This document shows positions 60,171-64,000 of a DNA stretch of 64,000 bases, in pieces; position 1 is the first letter of the stretch; each line of letters opens with the position of its first letter. The translations under genes were made by a program, and so were the position numbers. Origin of the DNA: Burkholderiales bacterium (GTDB lineage: Bacteria; Pseudomonadota; Gammaproteobacteria; Burkholderiales; SG8-41); assembly GCA_035626595.1 (NCBI GenBank), contig DASPNJ010000068.1, forward strand, positions 2,312 to 66,311. The letters are read 5' to 3'. The notes beneath the pieces are model-generated. The model had not been told where the DNA came from and made no database searches. It saw nothing but the letters and a program-made list of their open reading frames with translations.

Positions 60171-61577
60171 TTACAGCTTCAAGTGCAGGAGTTGCGCGAC
60201 GAACCCGGCTTCGTCGTCGAGACAGCGCAGATCCATGAGGAAAGCGCCTTCGGTGACGCGCCCGATCACCGGCATCGGCAGTGCGCGGAACGCGTTCGCG
60301 ATGCGCTGTGCGGCCGAGCCTTTCGTTTTTCCGGAGATCTCGACGGCAATGCCGGCGCTCGGCAGCGAATCCACGGGCAGCGAGCCGCTGCCGATCTGAC
60401 TCTTGCACGCGCTCACCCGAGCCTGCGCGCGACTGCCCAGCGCCGCCTGCACCTGCGGCAGCAGCCGCGCCGCCTGCGCGTCGATATCGTCGAGGTCCCG
60501 CGTGAGAAATCGCAGCGTCGGCAGCTCTTGCGCGAGCTTATCGGGGTTGGCATAGAGCTTGAGCACGCTCTCGAGCGCCGCGAGAACCATCTTGTCCACC
60601 CGCAGCGCGCGTTTCATGGGGTTTTTCCGGATCCGCTCGACGAGATCCTTGCGCCCGACGATGAGGCCGGCCTGCGGACCGCCGAGCAGCTTGTCGCCGC
60701 TGAAGGTGACGATGTCGGCGCCGCTCGCGAGTGCTTCGCGCGGCGTCGGCTCGTGTGGCAGGCCGTACTCTTCCAGATCGACGAGCATGCCGCTGCCGAG
60801 ATCGACCAGCATCGGCAGCCCGTGGTCGTGCGCGAGCTTCGCGAGCTCGGCTTCGGACACCGAAGCGGTGAAGCCCTGGATCGCGTAGTTGCTCGTGTGC
60901 ACCTTCATGAGCGCCGCTACGCCCGGCCCGAGCGCTTCGGCGTAATCCTTGAGGTGCGTGCGGTTGGTCGTGCCAACCTCGCGCAGCTTGCAGCCGGAGC
61001 GCGTCATGATGTCGGGGATGCGGAACGCGCCGCCGATCTCGACGAGCTCGCCGCGCGAGACCAGCACTTCCTTGCGCGCCGCGACCGTGTTGAGCGTGAG
61101 ATACACCGCGGCGGCATTGTTGTTCACGACGGCCGCACTCTCGGCGCCGGTGAGCCGCGTAAGCCAGCGCTCGACATGCGTATCGCGCTCGCCCCGCGCG
61201 GCGCCCTCGAGGTCGAATTCCAAATTGACCGGCCGCGTCATCGCCTGCATCACCGCTTCGGCGGCGGCCTGCGGCATCGGCGCGCGGCCAAGGTTCGTGT
61301 GCAGCACGGTGCCGGTGAGATTGAAAACGGCTCGCAGTGAAGGTTGTGTCTCGTGCGCGAGCCGCGAAGTGCACGCGGCGAGGAGCACTGCATCGTCGAA
61401 ATCGCCGTCGGGCGTAGCGTGCGCGAGCCGCCGGCGCTCTTCCTCGAGCAGCGCGCGCAGCGTATCGGTGACATGTGGACGGCCGTAGCGGCCGATGAGC
61501 GGTTCGACCCGGCTGTCGTTCAGCAGCCTGTCGATGGACGGCAACGCGCGACGCGCGGCGGGTCCGCCGTTCAGCAC
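60171..61577 (-). CDS. selA: L-seryl-tRNA(Sec) selenium transferase SelA
   Basis: Colinear with E. coli SelA: [53 protein letters not shown] (PLP Lys), SQIGSGSLP. Confidence 0.95.
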   Translation of the reverse strand: MLNGGPAARRALPSIDRLLNDSRVEPLIGRYGRPHVTDTLRALLEEERRRLAHATPDGDFDDAVLLAACTSRLAHETQPSLRAVFNLTGTVLHTNLGRAPMPQAAAEAVMQAMTRPVNLEFDLEGAARGERDTHVERWLTRLTGAESAAVVNNNAAAVYLTLNTVAARKEVLVSRGELVEIGGAFRIPDIMTRSGCKLREVGTTNRTHLKDYAEALGPGVAALMKVHTSNYAIQGFTASVSEAELAKLAHDHGLPMLVDLGSGMLVDLEEYGLPHEPTPREALASGADIVTFSGDKLLGGPQAGLIVGRKDLVERIRKNPMKRALRVDKMVLAALESVLKLYANPDKLAQELPTLRFLTRDLDDIDAQAARLLPQVQAALGSRAQARVSACKSQIGSGSLPVDSLPSAGIAVEISGKTKGSAAQRIANAFRALPMPVIGRVTEGAFLMDLRCLDDEAGFVAQLLHLKL

Positions 61578-61617
61578 GGCGGCCGTCCCGAAGTAAAGCG
61601 ATAGATCATGAGCCTTT

Positions 61618-62394
61618 CTATTCGAACAGCCGCTCCGGCAGCGGAAGCCCGGCGAGGTCGTGCTGCGACAGGCGCTGCGCAGGCGTCACGCCCCAGCGCT
61701 CCTCGAGGATGTGCGCGAGCTGCCGCGCGTGCTGTGCCGAGTGCCACGTCGAGCGCTCCAGCACCTGGTGCAGCGGCTGGGGGCCGTAGAAGGTCGCCAT
61801 CTTCTGCGCGCCGGATTTGTCAGCGAGCTGCGACCACCACGCTTCGATTCGGCGCACGACCTCATCGCCATACTGCGCGATCTCGCCTCCGGTCAGGTAC
61901 GTGCCGTCTGCCGGCGGCACGTTCGCGGCCTGGATCGCGTATTCCTTCCCGTCGATGGCCGATTCGAGGAACGCCTCACCGATGCGGAATACGTGATGCG
62001 CGAGCAGACGGATCGGGCGGTCGCGGTTCGGGATCACGCGCTCGCTCATCTTGTCGCCGGGGATCTGCGCGATCAGCGCCTGCGAGGTGCGCAGCACGTT
62101 AACCCATTTGCGAACGAGCTCGTCAGGCGGCAGCGGAGTGTGTCCGGTGCCCTGCAGGCCGACGAACTCCGCGACGTCTTCGAGGTTCTGGCCGAAAACG
62201 TAATTCTCGCCGCGCGCGACGACGGGCACGTTGCGTACGCCGAGCTTGAGCAGCCGCTCGCGGCCTCCGGTGTCGTTCAACACGTCCACGTGCTCGTACT
62301 CGATACCTTTACGCGAAAGAAACTCTTTCGCCCGGAGACAACTGCTTCACCCCGGTTGTGTGAATAAAACGAACTTGTCTGCGACCGTGTTCAT
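61618..62394 (-). CDS. selenoprotein: glutaredoxin/NrdH-like domain with U-S-S-C redox motif fused to a DinB-family domain. The in-frame TGA (62347-62349) is read as Sec.
   Basis: Hand translation upstream of track ORF 61618-62289, same frame: ATG(62394) MNTVADKFVLFTQPG-TGA-SSCLRAKEFLSRKGIEYEHVDVLNDTGGRERLLKLGVRNVPVVARGENYVFGQNLEDVAEFVGL... This is a complete Grx fold with TGA at the first Cys position of CxxC. A hairpin lies downstream. selA starts 40 nt after the stop. An alternative ATG lies at 62448. Confidence 0.75.
62313..62349 (-). promoter_or_regulatory. UGA codon plus candidate bacterial SECIS hairpin
   Basis: UGA-15 nt-GCGAAAG-AGUUU-CUUUCGC. Perfect 7-bp stem with GU in the apical loop. 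The loop starts 22 nt after UGA. Confidence 0.45.
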
Positions 62395-62525
62395 GCGCGC
62401 TTTCGGGAGTGACGGCGAGGGGAATCGGGAGGCTACTCCGCGCCTCATTCGAGCGTCAAGGCGAGTATAATGGCGCGCCGCCCGCAGCCCACGCGAGCGT
62501 CACGCCACGTCATCCCGCCGCGAGA

Positions 62526-63137
62526 ATGAAGCTCATAGGCACGCCCACCAGTCCTTACACGCGCAAAGTGCGTGTCGTTCTCGCGGAGAAGCGCATCGAC
62601 TATGAATTCATCGTCGACGTGCCCTACGAAGCGACGACGCGCGTGCCGTCGTACAACCCGCTCGGCAAAGTGCCTGTGCTCGTGCTCGACGATGCGACGA
62701 CGCTCTTCGATTCGCGCGTGATCGTGGAGTATCTCGACAGCGCGAGCCCGGTCACGAAGCTCCTGCCCGACGATACGCGCCCGCGTATACAGACGCGCCG
62801 CTGGGAAGCGCTCGCCGATGGATGTGTCGATGCCGTGGTCGCCATACTCATGGAAAAACGGCGGCCACAGGAGCTCCAGTACGATCAGTGGTACGGCCGT
62901 CAGCGCGAGAAGATCGACCGCGCCCTGCACGCGATGTCGGACGAGCTCGGCAGCCGCAGCTTCTGCTGCGGTGACTTCTTCAATCTGGCGGACGTCGCCG
63001 TCGGATGTTGTCTCGGCTTCCTCGATCTGCGTCTGCCGGAGATCAACTGGCGCTCGCCCTACTCGAACCTGGCGAAGCTCGCCGAGAAGCTCGGCAACCG
63101 GCCCTCGTTCAAGGACACGGTTCCACCGCAGACGTAG
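62526..63137 (+). CDS. yibF: glutathione S-transferase, YibF-like
   Basis: ATG 62526 gives MKLIGTPTSPYTRKVRVVLAEKRIDYEFI...NPLGKVPVLV...FDSRVIVEYL, closely colinear with E. coli YibF. Divergent from the sel operon. Confidence 0.8.
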   Translation: MKLIGTPTSPYTRKVRVVLAEKRIDYEFIVDVPYEATTRVPSYNPLGKVPVLVLDDATTLFDSRVIVEYLDSASPVTKLLPDDTRPRIQTRRWEALADGCVDAVVAILMEKRRPQELQYDQWYGRQREKIDRALHAMSDELGSRSFCCGDFFNLADVAVGCCLGFLDLRLPEINWRSPYSNLAKLAEKLGNRPSFKDTVPPQT

Positions 63138-63200
63138 CAGGGTTCACGCGCGCCGCCATCGATACCGCGGCGCCGTGGCCAGTGCGCAGCTTGCGGCAAG

Positions 63201-64000
63201 CTACGACTCCGGAGCGACTGCTCCTGGCGGACACTCCGCCGGCGCGGCGGAAGCAGACTCTTTCTGTGCGGACTCGATGATGCCTCCGCCCAGGCAGACG
63301 CGGCTTTCGTAAGCGACGACCGACTGACCGGGCGTCACCGCCCACTGCGGCTCCGCAAAGTCGATCGTGCAGCGGTTCGCGTCGCATTCCACGAGCGTGC
63401 ACGGTGCGTCCTTCTGCCGGTAGCGGGTTTTCGCGCTGTAGACCCACGCGCAGTGGGGCGTGCTGCCGCTCACCCAGGAAAGATTCACCGCCGTCAGCCG
63501 GTTCGAATACAGCGCACGGTTCTCGCGTCCCTGCACGACGATCAGGCGATTTCGTTTCAGGTCTTTGTCGACCACGTACCAGGCATCGCGCTCGGCCTCG
63601 CGCATGCCGCCGATGCCGAGCCCCTGCCGCTGGCCGATCGTGTAGAACATGAGGCCCATGTGGCGGCCGACGAGGCGCCCGTCGAGCGTATAGATGTGGC
63701 CGGGATCGGCCGGCAGGTAGCGGTTGAGAAATTCGCGGAATGGACGCTCGCCGATAAAGCAGATGCCGGTGGAATCGCGCTTGTCGTGGTTGGGGAGCCC
63801 CTCGCGCCGCGCGATCTCGCGCACTTCGCGCTTGTAGAGCCCGCCGAGCGGAAAGAGCGTTTTCGAGAGCTGCCGCTGATCGAGGCGGTACAGGAAGTAG
63901 CTCTGATCCTTGCTGCCGTCCTCGGCCTTCAGAAGCTGGAACAGACCATCGCGTTCGCGCACCTGCGCATAATGCCCCGTCGCGATGTAGTCGGCGCCGA
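63201..64000 (-). CDS. mnmA: tRNA 2-thiouridine(34) synthase MnmA (5' part beyond window end)
   Basis: [25 protein letters not shown] and, at the window edge, [14 protein letters not shown]. The ORF is open to position 64000. Confidence 0.9.
   Translation of the reverse strand, partial: GADYIATGHYAQVRERDGLFQLLKAEDGSKDQSYFLYRLDQRQLSKTLFPLGGLYKREVREIARREGLPNHDKRDSTGICFIGERPFREFLNRYLPADPGHIYTLDGRLVGRHMGLMFYTIGQRQGLGIGGMREAERDAWYVVDKDLKRNRLIVVQGRENRALYSNRLTAVNLSWVSGSTPHCAWVYSAKTRYRQKDAPCTLVECDANRCTIDFAEPQWAVTPGQSVVAYESRVCLGGGIIESAQKESASAAPAECPPGAVAPES

Noticed and set aside
58435-60399. 654-aa plus-strand ORF and other long ORFs overlapping selB/selA (for example 60183-61340 +, 60538-61374 -).
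   Set aside because: They are shadows of the selB/selA coding frames. The SelB and SelA frames are colinear with the E. coli proteins.
60169-60408. N-terminal 80 codons of track ORF 58168-60408 (selB).
   Set aside because: This stretch overlaps the selA 3' end in another frame. The canonical SelB N-terminus [14 protein letters not shown] starts at 60168, 2 nt after the selA stop.
62395-62525. Promoter calls in the divergent selenoprotein/GST spacer (TATAAT at 62466-62471 on the plus strand, TTGACG on the minus strand).
   Set aside because: Neither hexamer has a partner element at proper 16-18 bp spacing, so the evidence is too weak to annotate. This spacer also contains an alternative in-frame ATG (62448) for the selenoprotein and its upstream in-frame stop (62500-62502).

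Overview
This is a GC-rich proteobacterial chromosome segment. Gene content and synteny look betaproteobacterial or Burkholderiales-like: Bug/TctC-type receptors, uvrA divergent from MFS-ssb, and FmdB-DUF502-aspS-nudB-ybhP-clsB. That placement is inference only.

- **1-12.5 kb:** tail of the S10 operon plus the complete spc and alpha ribosomal-protein operons (rplB to rplQ). This includes secY, infA, rpoA and an rpmJ gene too short for the ORF track. Two near-identical TTGAGAAT-N15-CTATAAT promoters sit at the operon boundaries. Several r-proteins carry low-complexity extensions, most strikingly a ~65-aa Lys/Gly/Ala-rich N-terminus on L5.
- **12.6-57 kb:** mixed housekeeping and accessory genes.
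  - M15 peptidase, SAM hydroxide adenosyltransferase, DUF488, PAS histidine kinase, LivK-like binding protein, glycerate 2-kinase.
  - uvrA, MFS-ssb, SLC13 permease, pta, FmdB, DUF502, aspS, a secreted barnase-like RNase with barstar, nudB, nadA, ybhP-clsB, an Atm1-like ABC exporter.
  - An OmpR/HK pair, pbpG, an orphan egtD plus MFS, small envelope proteins, HtrA coupled to a membrane-fused spermidine-synthase-like protein, a carbamoylase, and Bug receptors.
  - A PrpD/TcuA-like/PrpD/DUF4387/AtuA cluster.
- **57.0-63.1 kb (most interesting):** a compact minus-strand selenocysteine island. Its order is [gene with in-frame UGA: glutaredoxin-like U-x-x-C domain fused to a DinB-family domain]-selA-selB-[TrxR-like flavoprotein]-[structured repeat]-tRNA-Sec, divergent from a YibF-like GST. 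The ORF track truncates the selenoprotein at the TGA.
- **Other signals:** a dispersed, structured intergenic repeat (4 copies at 3 loci) whose gene-sense strand ends in a CCUCC-containing CU-rich tail, and two terminator-bearing intergenic stretches with the same CCUCCUC motif (candidate sRNAs).

No CRISPR, rRNA, transposase or integrase was seen. Many long ORFs in the track are antisense shadows typical of GC-rich DNA.
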